From: Camelus dromedarius
Taxonomy: Eukaryota
NCBI RefSeq assembly: GCF_036321535.1
Contig: NC_087437.1
Span: 109,494,001 to 109,558,000 of the forward strand
DNA length: 64,000 bases
Reading direction: 5' to 3'
Part shown: positions 13,691-25,419 of the stretch, piece by piece
Layout of the letters: every line of letters begins with the position of its first letter
Numbering within the stretch: the stretch's first letter is position 1
Translations under genes and position numbers: made by a program
Notes under the pieces: model-generated
What the model saw: the letters and a program-made list of their open reading frames with translations, nothing else
Database searches by the model: none
What the model was told of the DNA's origin: nothing

Positions 13691-15007
13691 TCCCACAGTG
13701 GGCCTGACTTCAAAACTACATTCTTTTCCATTGTTTCACACCATCTTTCAAGCTCAGTGATCCATCACAATTTGGCAATAATTTAGGAGTCTGTTCTGTA
13801 CGCATGCCAAGTCACCAAGAAATTTCTCCTGCAACAATACATAAATGTGACAAGCTTGGCATTTGTGTAAGAATTTTCCATCAGGTCTATCTGGGAAATA
13901 AAAATAGTTAAAACACAAATAGGAACAACTTAAAGACTTAGCTGGGTATTTATGAAATTTTTTGCCAGATTTCTAGAAGAAACCTGACAGAGTCTTCCCT
14001 TTCTAGAAGACGTTTATCCAACAATAAATTACTTTTGTCTTTATTAAAAGCGTACATTTTGCATTGAAAGCTTAAAGAACTAATGTTCCGTAGTACAATG
14101 ATAAATAACCTATTTTAATTATAAATTGACAAATAAATAATAATCTAATGATTATATATTGCAATACATTTCTTTCTCTAGCTCTAACCTGGCTACTTAT
14201 GAATCTAAGATTTGAGTAGTTGTGTTGACTCCAACACAACCCCAAATTGCTAAACGTATATCATCTCTTCTGACAATTTTTCAATTCTCAAAGAAAATAA
14301 AGACAACTAAATAACTGTCTCACTGCTCTCCTTGAGAGGCAGACAAAGGAGATGACCCCCTTCTGACCCAAAAAGGCAATATTCTTCAACAGTGGCACCT
14401 TTGGGCCATGACAGTCTCCACTGCTCCTCCTTTGCCACATCTCTTTTTGTGGCAGCATCTCCCACGTCAGAGGCTCTCTTGGAGCCTCTTAATGGTAGCA
14501 CTTAGCAGTTGAACCTGTCAGCTCTGGTTTCTGCAGGAAGTGACTTCCCAGGGGTTGCTCCTGTGGAGTCTCAGTCTTATTTCCACTCACTGCTGGAAAA
14601 ATACCTAAGTCTCCCGATGGTACTTAGACTGTTCAGTTCTAAAGTATCAGGGCAGTTCACAGCACCTGCCCTCGGAATAGCTTCATGAAGAGAACCTTGT
14701 TTAAGGAGTGACGGATCTGCAGGAAAGAAGCAGCCAGCTTCAAGAGACACCGTGTCATGCCAAGTCATACTTGCAGCTCTGCTCAGAGGCAGAATCTAGC
14801 CCTTGGTTGGTACAAAAGTTCATTCTCCTTAAGGGAGATTTACTGCTGTAGAAAAGTCCTGTATTTTATCCTAGCAATATCAGAACTCATGCAGTCAAGG
14901 GACCAAACCTACAATTTCCTCTTTGCATAACTCCCATGGGATCAAGGGATGCTAGCCACAGCTTTGGCCACCCAAAACTTGCTCAAGAGAGCGATACAAA
15001 CCAAACC

Positions 15008-15432
15008 TGCCATTTTCAGCAACATGGATGCTCCTGGAGAATGTCATTCTAAGTGAAGTAAGCCAGAAAGAGAAAGAAAAATACCATATGAGATCTCTCA
15101 TATGTGGAATCTAAACAAAACAAAACAAAACAAAAACAAAAAAACAAAGCATAAATACAGAAATAGACTCATAGACATAGAATACAAACTTGTGGTTGCC
15201 AAGGGGGCGGAGGGTGGGAAGGGATAGACGGGATTTCAAAATTGTAGAATAGATAAACAAGATTATATAGTATAGCACAGGGAAATATACACAAGATCTT
15301 ATGGTAGCTTACAGAGAAAGAAATGTGACAATGAATATATATATGTTCATGTATAACTGAAAATTGTGCTCTACACTGGAATTTGACACAACATTGTAAA
15401 ATTATTATAAATCAATAAAAAATTTAAAAAAA
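15008..15432 (+). mobile_element. Young LINE-1 3' end (~425 bp; copy B, same family as copy A)
   Basis: Reverse-complement match to the ORF2 C-terminus and 3' UTR of copy A, with AATAAA and an A-tail at ~15414-15432. No TSD is visible. Confidence 0.95.
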
Positions 15433-15709
15433 ATAAGGAAGAAAGTAGGAGACTTCCCTGAAAGTGTTTGAATGTGGAAGGCACTTTTGTCCCCTCACAC
15501 TGTGAAGGTGGAATGGAAGGCTTCCTTCAAGTTCAACAGCGATGCTCTTGGCTAGCTGACATCAAAGGCAGGGCTTGAGACTGAAAAGGATGGTTTTGAT
15601 TTGTCAGCACCGTGCGAGCATCATCTAAGACCCTAATTCTCGGCTGACACTATTATCCCATTGTGCCTTAGAGTTTTGGAATTTTCATGGTGTTTTGAAA
15701 TTTGTCATC

Positions 15710-15930
15710 ATACAGAACAGAGTTTGAATTCTGCCTCTGCTCTTTTCTAACTGGGAGAGTTAAGCCAGGTATCATAACTTCTGAATATCTCGACTTTTTT
15801 TTCTGTGTTGTGAAAATAATGACAACTAACCCATGTGGTAGTTGTGAGAGGTAAATGAGGTACCATTTAGAAAGCACCCACTGCTCACCGTGGCGCACTG
15901 TGGGTATTCAATAGACAGCAGTGGTTATTA
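15710..15930 (+). mobile_element. MIR SINE
   Basis: gagtttgaattctgcctctgc...gttgtgagaggtaaatgag...gtattcaatagac follows the MIR layout. Confidence 0.7.
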
Positions 15931-16649
15931 TATAGTTCTCTTCATTCACAAAGGGAGAAATTGTGGTACATAAAGGAAAATCACTTGATGTCTCATGAAG
16001 GCATGTTGTGAATCAAAGAATAAGAATCAAGGACTTCTAATATTTGCTCCGGGCCGGGGCTTGTTAAGAGACCGATTGCATACAAGTGAGATGTGCTGGT
16101 GTCTAAATGATCCTTCCAGTCAGCACAGGGACTCCAGAGAAAATGAGAGGCTGTTTACTCAAGTTCTTTGACTGCTGGAAACCTCTCAGCTGCAGCTTGA
16201 GAACCTTGGGCACAGTTACAGGCTGCTGCTGTCACTGCCAACTTGGGGAAGCAACAGCACAATTGGTCTGTCTCTTGCTGTCTTTTGGCTCAAGACAAGA
16301 GAGATGGAGAATGCCCACCTGCAGGGAGAACAGAGAGTCAAGGAGACAGAGTCTGGCTCATAGGAAACTCACATGCCCCTCTCACCAGCTCTGTTCCCAT
16401 TGTTGGTCTACTGCCTTTTCACATGAGCCCTGCTCTTGAATAATTGAAACCACAAAGGTCAAATTATGTCCAACCCCACATAGTGCATGGGTCTTTAGTA
16501 CGGAAATTACTCCTTGACAAAAGCTTTGATGTTTTTGATTGCTTTTAGTGTAAAGCTTGTAGCTGAATCATTGGTGTGATTTGGAGTTGAGGAGGAAGGT
16601 AATAATTGCACCTTAAACCCTCAAAGATTTATATAATTTAGAATTTAAA

Positions 16650-17055
16650 AATTTTAGAGTAAGAAAGGGAGTCTCGGAGATCATCTAGACCTGCACTGTC
16701 CAACATGGTAGCCACTAGCCTCCTGCGGCTCTGGAGCACCGGAAACACAGCTGGTCCAGATCGAGTGCAGTATGGGTGGAAGATGTGAATTTTGAAAACT
16801 TAGTAGAAAAGTAGGAAAATATTGATATTTAACATGATCACATGTTGAAAATGATAATATTTTGGATATAATGGGCTAGTAAAACATGTTATAAAATGTA
16901 TTTCACCTTTTTCTTTTTGCTTCTTTCAACGTGGTTACTAGAAAATCTAAAATTACATATGTAACTCACTTTTCTGGTTTGTACAATATTAAACAATGCT
17001 GCTCTAGACCCAAGCCCACACTTTATAGATGAGGAAACTGAGGCCCAGAGACATG
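16650..17055 (-). mobile_element. MIR fragment interrupted by MER33
   Basis: Left part ...ggagatcatctagac and right part ctttatagatgaggaaactgaggcccagaga (MIR core) join across the insertion. Confidence 0.65.
16691..17001 (+). mobile_element. MER33/MER3-type hAT-Charlie element
   Basis: Begins ctgcactgtccaacatggtagccactagcc and contains gtggttactagaaaatctaaaattacatatgt. 8 bp TSD atctagac/ctctagac (7/8). Confidence 0.85.
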
Positions 17056-17309
17056 ATCTCCAGCATCATACGTGGTGTTTTACAAATGTTCTGCTAGGCT
17101 AGATGACCACTCCATTTATGTTATAAACTAGTTATCACATTATTTTCATAATTTCATAATTATTTTTACTTAGTGTTCATGTGTTTGGCTGTGCATAAAA
17201 TTATTGAGAAGCATGTAAAATGCCATCCACAACAAGTTAAAAAATTAAGACACCTGTACTAGAATTTATACTTTTATCTTTTATTCATAATTTTAAACTC
17301 ATTGATTTT

Positions 17310-18115
17310 TAACTGACAATTTTATTAAGATCATTGTAGTTTTACATTTAGTTGTAAGAAATAATACAGAATTCTCTTGTACGTTTTGTGCAATTCTCTA
17401 CAATGGTAACATTTTGTAAAACCATGGTATAGTGTCTCAACCAGAATATTGACGTTGGTACATTATACCAATTTTATTCAGGTTTCCTCCATTTTGCTTG
17501 AATTTAATTTCATGTGTTTGTGTGTGTTCATTTTTTAACAATTTTATCACCCGTGTAGGTTGTGTGTCCACTGTGGCAGTCAAGATACTGAGTGGTTCCA
17601 ACAGCACAAGGATCCCTCCTGTTGCCCTTTCATAACTACATCAACCTCACTCCTGCCCCTTCCACTCCCTTCCCTGGCACTATTTAGAGTAATTCTTCTC
17701 ACTCCATTTTTCTTTGTCAGATTGTTTTAGCTACTCTAGGTCTTGTTTTTTCCCATGTAAATTTTAGAATAAACTTGTCTAGATCTAAAAATGAAAATCC
17801 TGGTGAAATTTTCATTGAAATTGCACTAGACCTACATATCAATTTAGGAAGAACTGAAAATTTTACTATTATTTTGAGTCGTCCATTCCATGAACCCATT
17901 ATCGTCCTCCATTTGTTTGGTCTTCTTTGGTTTCTTTCATCAGCATTTTGTAATTGCCAGCACGGACATCCTGCACATGGTTTGCTGAAGCATGTATGTA
18001 AGTATTTCACTTCTATGGAGCAATTGTAAAGGGTATTGTGTTTTTAATTTTAGTTCTATATGCCCATTGTTAGTGTATTGAGATATGATAGATATTTGTG
18101 TATGTTCCTTTGTTT
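17310..18115 (-). mobile_element. Old L1 (L1MC/MD-like): 3' UTR joined to an ORF2 segment
   Basis: 17310-17690 resembles an L1MC-type 3' end. ORF 17717-18010 translates as ORF2 (IVKFSVLPKLICRSSAISMKI...DKFILKFTW...PRVAKTI). Confidence 0.75.
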
Positions 18116-18416
18116 ACTGTAAGAAACTGACTGACAGGCAGTGATAAACAAACATTCAGGGAATGCCTTGTACTTTTAATAAGCTCCTTGATTGTAAAGA
18201 CAAATGAGTCAAATGTCCCCTAGGCAGAATGTTTATATTTATACAACTATCCAGGGTCTGAAATAGAAGATTTATGTGCTATACTAAGCACATAGTAAAA
18301 CTGATTACCCAGTAGGTGAATTTATGACAACATAGAGCTTAACGCTGATCTGCTGGCAGGATTCCAATGATGATGGACAACTATATAAAGGAATATATTC
18401 CAGTGGTGATGGACAT

Positions 18417-18434
18417 TCTCTCTCTCTCTCTAAA

Positions 18435-18481
<47 letters not shown>
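18417..18481. repeat. Compound (CT)n(GT)n(AT)n microsatellite
   Basis: Directly visible. Confidence 0.95.
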
Positions 18482-18589
18482 GTATTGAAATGTTCCACAC
18501 ATAAGGGACCATAAAACTATTTTGTTATTGTTTTTGTAAATCATAGTTTGAGATTTTAATACCTGAACATCATATGTAATGATTTCCAC

Positions 18590-18720
18590 ACATTGATCTG
18601 GATAAGCATCAACGGGGCACTTTTATAAAAATGCTAATTCTTGGGCTCAATTGCTAGATATTCTGATTCAGTAAGTCTAGAATGAAGGTCCAAAATCACA
18701 TATTTCACTGCACCCCAAAG
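18590..18720. mobile_element. MER5A-like hAT fragment
   Basis: aaaatgctaattcttgggctc...agatattctgattcagtaagtctag resembles the MER5 core. Confidence 0.45.
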
Positions 18721-19699
18721 TGTGTGCTTGCTCAGAATTGCCCAGAATTTTGTAAAATCAATGTGTGCTTTATGAGTTAAATAAACAAATACTATACACT
18801 TATTGTACAAAAGAGAAATTTCCTATCTACCTTCCAGACTCCCAGATTCTGTTCCTTAGATCATTTACTTTTAACTCTTAGCTATTTCATTTGGTAGCTA
18901 CACATATTTCTAAATATTATGTTTATGCTACTATGTCTTGTTTTTCTTTGACATTGTCTCTTATGAAAAAGGAAGATATAGCTCACTTAGAAACCACTGA
19001 CATATTTTTTTCTAATACCCCTGTTATTCTTCTACAGTTGTTTCATCACAATTTAAAAAACAAAAACAAAAAACCAAGAGTGAGTGTTTTCACCATTACA
19101 CTTGTTTAAATACTGCTCACAGCTGAAGCATGTAATGAACTATTTCTCACATGACTCTTTTTTCTGCAGGTCATAATTTTTTCATTTGTTTACTTTTGTA
19201 CAGACAGCTGTCACACATTCTTCCCCCTCTCTCTCACAGAATTGCACAATCTTTTTCAATAAAGTTGAGCACATGAAATAATTAGCTCTGTTTTTTCCTG
19301 TGGAGACACCATGGCTATATCCTTTCACCCTCTTGTCCCAACATGAAAGAGCTGCTCTCTAGGTCTGCCATGTCACTAAAGGTTCGCGTCAACATTATTT
19401 TGAAGATTCTCTTCACCGCTCTCCTTTACGTGGATCTTCCTTCATTTCGGTGAAGTTTATTCAACAGAAGTTTTCTGAGATGGGGTGCATTTAAAGTATA
19501 TTTTTGAGACCACGTATTAGTGACATTGTCTTTATTTTGTCATCACGCTTGACTGAAAGCTAAACTTACTATGAATATATGGATAAATATCATTTACAGT
19601 GAAAATTTTAAAGATAAGATTCCATTATTTTTTATTTTTCTTTGCCACAGGAAGTCTGATGTTATTCTGATTCCCAAGCATTGCATTCAGGACATTTTT

Positions 19700-20499
19700 T
19701 TACATTATTATTTTTTTAACACTTTTTATTGATTTATAATCATTTTACAATGTTGTGTCAAATTCCAGTGCAGAGCACAATTTTTCAGTTATACATGAAC
19801 TTACATATGTTCATTGTCACTTTTTTTTCTCTGTGATAGCTGCTACCATAAAATCTTGTGTATATTTCCCTGTGCTATACTGTATAATCTTGTTTATCTA
19901 TTCTACAATTTTGAAATCCCAGTCTAAACCTTCCCACCCTCTGCCCCCTTGGCAACCACAAGTTTGTATTCTATGTCTATGAGTCTGTTTCTGTTTTGTA
20001 TTTATGCTTTGTTTGTTTGTTTGTTTTAGATTCCACATATGAGCAATCTCATATGGTATTTTTCTTTCTCTTTCTGGCTTACTTCACTTAGAATGACATT
20101 CTCCAGGAGCATCCATGCTGCTGCAAATGGCATTATGTTGTCAGTTTTTATGGCTGAGTAGTATTCCATTGTGTAAATATACCACCTTTTCTTTATCCAG
20201 TCATCCGTTGATGGACATTTAGGCTGTCTCCATGTCTTGGCTATTGTAAATAGTGCTGCTATGAACATCGGGGTGCAGGTGTCATCCTGAAGTAGGGTTC
20301 CTTCTGGATATATGCCCAGGAGCAGGATTCCTGGGTCATACGGTAAGTCTATTTCTAGTCTTTTGAGGAATCTCCACACTGTTTTCCACAGTGGCTGCAC
20401 CAAACTGCATTCCCACCAGCAGTGTAGGAGGGTTCCCCTTTCTCCACAGCCTCTCCAGCATTTGTCATTTGTGGATTTTTGAATGATGGCCATTCTGAC
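19700..20499 (-). mobile_element. Young LINE-1 3' end (~800 bp; copy C)
   Basis: ORF 20026-20493 is an uninterrupted L1 ORF2 C-terminus ending ICGI*, and the 3' UTR matches copies A and B. Short flanking repeat caggac at 19688-19693 and 20499-20504. Confidence 0.96.
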
Positions 20500-20995
20500 A
20501 GGACTATTATTTTTTGATAATTTCCTTCACTCTGTTTTTCCTGAATTTTGACTTTCTAAATTGATCTCCAAAGCTTACCCTTTTCCCTCCATTTTCTATT
20601 TATTTGCCTTTTTTGTTTGACTTTCTGAAAGAATTCTCAACTTCACCTTCTGGTTTTTGTATTAAGTTTTGTTTCAAGCATTGTAATTGTAACAACCAAA
20701 ATTTATTTCTTATTCCTGTATTTTTAATCAAGAGCTTGTATTTATTTCATGGGATATTAAGCATAACCGAATCTCCCTGAAGATATTAATAACAGTATAG
20801 TTTGAACTTTTCTCCTACTCTTTATACTGCTTTTATTTTCTTTACTTTTCCCTCTTCTTTTCTCATTTTGTTCTTTGTCTTTAATGTACAATTTTCCATT
20901 AGTGTCTGTTGATCCTTTATTGTCCATTGTCCATTTTTACTGTCCATTATTCTTCAGCTCTGTGAGCCTGGGGCTTGGTGGACTTTCCTGGAAGG

Positions 20996-21225
20996 CAGTG
21001 CTTCTCAGCCCAAGGAGACTTTTCCCACAGGGAACATCTGGAACTATCTGACGACAGTTTTGATTATCATGGCTGGGTTGGGGGTGCCACTGACATCGGG
21101 TGTTCAGAGTCCAGGGATGTTTTTAAACATCCTACACTGCACAGGAAAGCCCGTAACAGGAAAGCTCCCACAACAGAGAATTATCCAGCTCCAAATGTCA
21201 ATAGAGCCACTGTTGATAAACCCTA
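20996..21225 (+). mobile_element. MER20
   Basis: cagtgcttctca...cagggatgtttttaaacatcctacactgcacagga...aattatccagctccaaatgtcaatag...gttgataaaccct. Confidence 0.85.
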
Positions 21226-21739
21226 ATGTAGACTGATAAGGAGGAAGGTCTCAGGCATTCTGTTGAGTTCTCCCTCATATTAGTGTTCATAGGACTTTAT
21301 TTTCTTTGTGTCAGTTTTTATGAAGAATTCTCCAGACTCCTGTCTACCTTAGCTGAGTCTAATGATACTTTAGAAATGCTATTACAGTAGTACTACATAA
21401 AGCATATTAATATTCCATTTTAAATTTATGTACTATAATTCATTTCAAATATAATTGTTTATTGTAGATTTTTCTTCTCCACCCTTCTTTCCCTTCCCAC
21501 TTCCAAATAAAAACAACTACACTCTGGACCTCTATTCATCTACTATTCTACATTTCCCAAAAGGATTCATAAATTCACTAACTTTGATCTTTTTTATTCC
21601 TGAAAACAATTTCATGCTATTTTTCAAAATAAATATGTAAAATTCCAGTTTCAACTTGAGAGGTAATAATCTGCCCTGTTAATGCTATCAATAAACACAA
21701 TGAAGTTTTCCGGCATAATAAAGAGAAGCAGATTTCAGC

Positions 21740-22330
21740 ATGGATATATTTTGCAAACATCTAGAACCTCAAATATCACCTAAATGAGGATATTGTTGTA
21801 TAAACTATGGGGTATATGTGGGAAAAAAATAGTATTCAGCTCTTAACAATGGAGTTTTTAATGAATGATGTAGGAAATATGTATCATAATATTAAGTGAG
21901 AAGTGCAATGTAATATTATTATTATTTTTTCTTAGATTTTCTGAGAAGGCAGGTAATTAGGTTTCATTTATTTATTTATTTTTGATGGAGGTACTGGGGA
22001 TTGAATCCAGGACCTTATGCATGCTAAGCATGCACTCTACCACTGAGCTATGCCCTCTCCCCCCATGCAGTGTAATTTTGAAACACATTTTGGCAATGAT
22101 TCTCAAAAGAAAATATGCTCTTATCCTTTGGTCCAGCTTTTCCACTCTTACAAATCTGAGAAATGGGCATGTTCCCACCACAATATGCAAATATATGTGT
22201 ATAGAGATTTGCCATTGTTTGTGGTGGCTGACAAAATCTGGAAACAGCCAGAATGTGCTTTAGCTGGTGACTGGTTATGTAAAGCACACAAATCATGGTA
22301 CTTGCACAGGACTCCCTACACCATGGTGAT
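21740..22330 (+). mobile_element. Ancient L1ME-like ORF2 3' fragments flanking the SINE
   Basis: cattgtttgtggtggctgacaaaatctggaaacagccagaatgt resembles the decayed L1 ORF2 C-terminus (ALF.IAK.WKQP.C). Confidence 0.4.
21915..22064 (-). mobile_element. tRNA-derived camelid-type SINE (Vic-1-like)
   Basis: Minus strand reads GGGGGGAGAGGGCATAGCTCAGTGGTAGAGTGCATGCTTAGCATGCATAAGGTCCTGGATTCAATCCCCAGTACCTCCA: Pol III A box, B box, tRNA-Ala-like head and AT-rich tail. TSD tgcaatgtaat (21904-21914) / tgcagtgtaat (22066-22076). Confidence 0.9.
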
Positions 22331-24769
22331 TTAGAATTTAGAAGGAGGAAGGTCAACATGTGCTGAAAGGGGAGCACACTCCATGTTTGTAATAAGTGCC
22401 ATAAGTTATTTTGCATTTTTTGTATTTGCATAGAATATTTTTTCAAAAGGAAGTTCATGAAATTGTGCCCACTTTTATCTCTGAGGCATGAGAATAGGAG
22501 TTCGAAGGAGACAAAACTTCTACTTTTCAATTTAGTCCCTTAGGTAATGTTTGCAGTTTTCACAATGAACATTGTTTTTTTATTGTTAACAAGGAAAGTC
22601 ACAGCCTGGAAACTTGGCCAAGGTGGTGGTGGTGGGGAAGCACGGGGGACTCATGGATGTAAAATTTGGCAGTGTAAACAAAATCTATGGGGAAGATAAT
22701 TTTTATGGGCAGACTATGCACACAAGGGAATGAAGACATGAAAGATTATGGCATGTCATTAAGAAGGCTCTTCAAATATTCGTATCACACACGTAATTGA
22801 AATGACATTCAAAGTATTATTCTTGAAAAAGAAAACAAGTTTGAGCCCAGTATTCAAAATCAGTCCTGACATTTCTTATCACAAGAAGTCAAGGGGTATC
22901 TAGAGTGGAAAAAAAATTCTTCAAGTAAAGTACACTTGAATATCTACACGTTCTTTCAAATCTGTGCTCACTTTGGCTTTCAACTGTCCAATTCATTCCA
23001 TCCATGAGCTTCACATAGCTGTGTGAATCCAGCCAACAGTCCATAGATTTGTGTTTTGCTTTTATGTCATTAATAAATGACAAACAAAGCATTTGAGAGC
23101 AAAAAGTTTGATGACACTGTTAGCATATCTTCAATTATCTTTCATAGAATACTTCTAGTCTCTTGTTTCTGGTGTGAGGAATGACTTTAAAATCTGCTGG
23201 AATTTAGAAGCACCGAGGATCCCTTGCTTACTTTGTGTGTGTGTGAGTGTGTGTGTGTGTGTAGAGCTGCTTTGGTGAGTAAAATAAAAGATCCTTGGGG
23301 ACAAAAGGTGCAAAGCTGTTTCTCACAATGGAATAAAAAGAGGCAATGCACTAAAGATGAAAAAGTGAAACATAAGTTAAGCTTAAGAAAATAGGACAAA
23401 GTGAGGAAAACTAAAGGAGAGGGAAGATGAGAAGGAGTGGGCAGGGGACTGGAGAGAAGAGGAAGGGACAGAAATTCTTGGTGTGCACCTAATTTGCCCT
23501 TTTAAAAATGCTCCTGTATCATAATCATCAATTATCAGGACTTAAAAAAAAAAAAAAAAAAGCTAAAGTTAATAATGAAGACAAGAGAAAGAGGCTTCAA
23601 GAAAAGCAGGTGTGGGGAAAATGAATGCCTGAGACCCCCTCGGCATTACGTCTGCTTTTCAACAGGCTTCTCAGAGAGTTCTACTCAAAATCAGACCTGA
23701 AAAGACAGTGTTTGTTTGTTGTTTGCTGTTGGTTTGTGTAACGTTTATTTTATGGTAATTTCCTTTAAAACATCGAAAATACAGTGACGTGAAAAGTAAA
23801 TCTATTTTAAGCGAGACAGTCTGGTATATAGCTGTCATCCTCTGAGTGGGCAGTAAGAGCCTACAGAAATTGCCATTAGAGAGAAAACATTTGATGTACA
23901 CTTGGGAAGGGAACCTGGAAGCTGTAAGTTATTTTGGAATCTTCTTCCAGTTTTGCTGTTTTCAAAGATCCTTCCAGGCTCCTGGGTCCACTAAAATTTC
24001 TCTACAAACTTATCTTTTTACCGATCTTTATTTTTCTTTCTTTCCATTTTTACAGAGTATGTATTTCTGCTGTGGTATTTGTCAAAGCAGTCCTGGGAAG
24101 CCATTAAGTTATACAGTTGGGACCTACATATATACCAGGTTAAGCCTGATGAGAAATGCCAGCTAATGTTCCCACTCTTATTTCTCTGTTTTATTTTATT
24201 TTTTTTATTTTTCAACAAATACATGCTGAAGCTCTGCTCAGTGGCTTGGAGGAAGACAAGCAGTTGGCTCTGGAATAATGGGAAGGTGATTGGTGGTGGA
24301 GATGGAGGAGAATGGAGACGGAGTGGATGGAGAAGAATTTACCAGTGGATGACACCTAAGCCGAAAACTGATGCATAGACCTGGTTTTATTCCACAGGAT
24401 CCAGGGGTTCCTTGAGAAAGCTTCGTGTCTGAGAGATTTGGGAATCAGTGGGCATCCTAACTTACATCACTCATAAATGTGGACCATTTCCAATATTGAA
24501 AGTAGGGTATAATTATACATGGACATATAAAAACACACATAAACATTTTTTCTGCTTCCAAACATAACTCATTGTAGAAAAAATATAAAGACAAAAAACA
24601 CACTAAGAACTGAAAAAATGTAATCAAATCCCACCACAGCTAGTGACCACTGATTTAATTTTTGTGTATTTTCTTACAGTCTCTTTTCAAGTCGTAACTG
24701 AGTACACTTAGCATTTTTTATCTTACATTTCTAAACAGTGTAAACTACACTTTTGCAAGTCCTTTAAAC

Positions 24770-24962
24770 TAGGGTTGACAGATTTAATAAATAGAAATAC
24801 AAAACACCCAGGTGCATTTAAATTTCATATAAACAATGAGTAACATTTAGCTTAAGTATGTAGTATACAATATTTGGGACATCCTTATACTAAACAAATT
24901 ATTCATTTTTCATCTGAAGTTCAAATGCAGCTGAACATCCTATGTTTTATCTGGTAAGCTTA
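24770..24962. mobile_element. MER53 (palindromic hAT MITE)
   Basis: 193 bp with TIRs tagggttgacagat / atctggtaagctta and the internal motif atatttgggacatccttatactaaa. Confidence 0.85.
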
Positions 24963-25419
24963 TCTAAAACACATCTTGATTGTAATTTTAAAAGTCTTCA
25001 AAATATTAGATTACATGATATATCATAACTGAGGACTTCACCATCCATTCCCTCTCTGTTGGAAATACATTTTTCCAATTTTTTATTTTGCTAAGTGTTG
25101 CTGAATTTTACAATACTTCCCAAGAGAGATGCTTAGAAACGAAATCATTAGACCCAAGGGCAAAAACAAGCTTTTCAGTCCATGATAGCAATTATCAAAT
25201 TATACTAGCTTTCATCTATCCTTTGCCAACATTATAATTACTTTTTATAGTCCTAGCCAGCTTAGAAGGTAAACGATAGCACAGTTATTTTACACTAAAT
25301 AAAATAGATTTAATGTTATAAATTTATGTTCAAATAAACTGTTACATTTTTAAAAACAGTCAGTTTCTTTTTAGCCACTCAGACTCGTGCTTCTTTTCCA
25401 ATATGTAACTTTGTGATTA

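Larger units (their letters stand above)
18760..21350 (-). mobile_element. Ancient HAL1/L1M element, interrupted by L1 copy C and a MER20
   Basis: 19470-19680 (ttttctgagatggggtgcat...tttttgagacc...gaagtctgatgttattctgattccc) resembles the antisense HAL1 ORF1 region, and similar T-rich sequence resumes after 20500. Confidence 0.5.

Noticed and set aside
21985..22064. tRNA-Ala gene
   Set aside because: A SINE tail and TSDs are present, so this is a tRNA-derived SINE rather than a tRNA gene.
22048..22530. 160 aa minus-strand ORF
   Set aside because: It is antisense to old L1 fragments, runs into the SINE, and has no recognisable homology.
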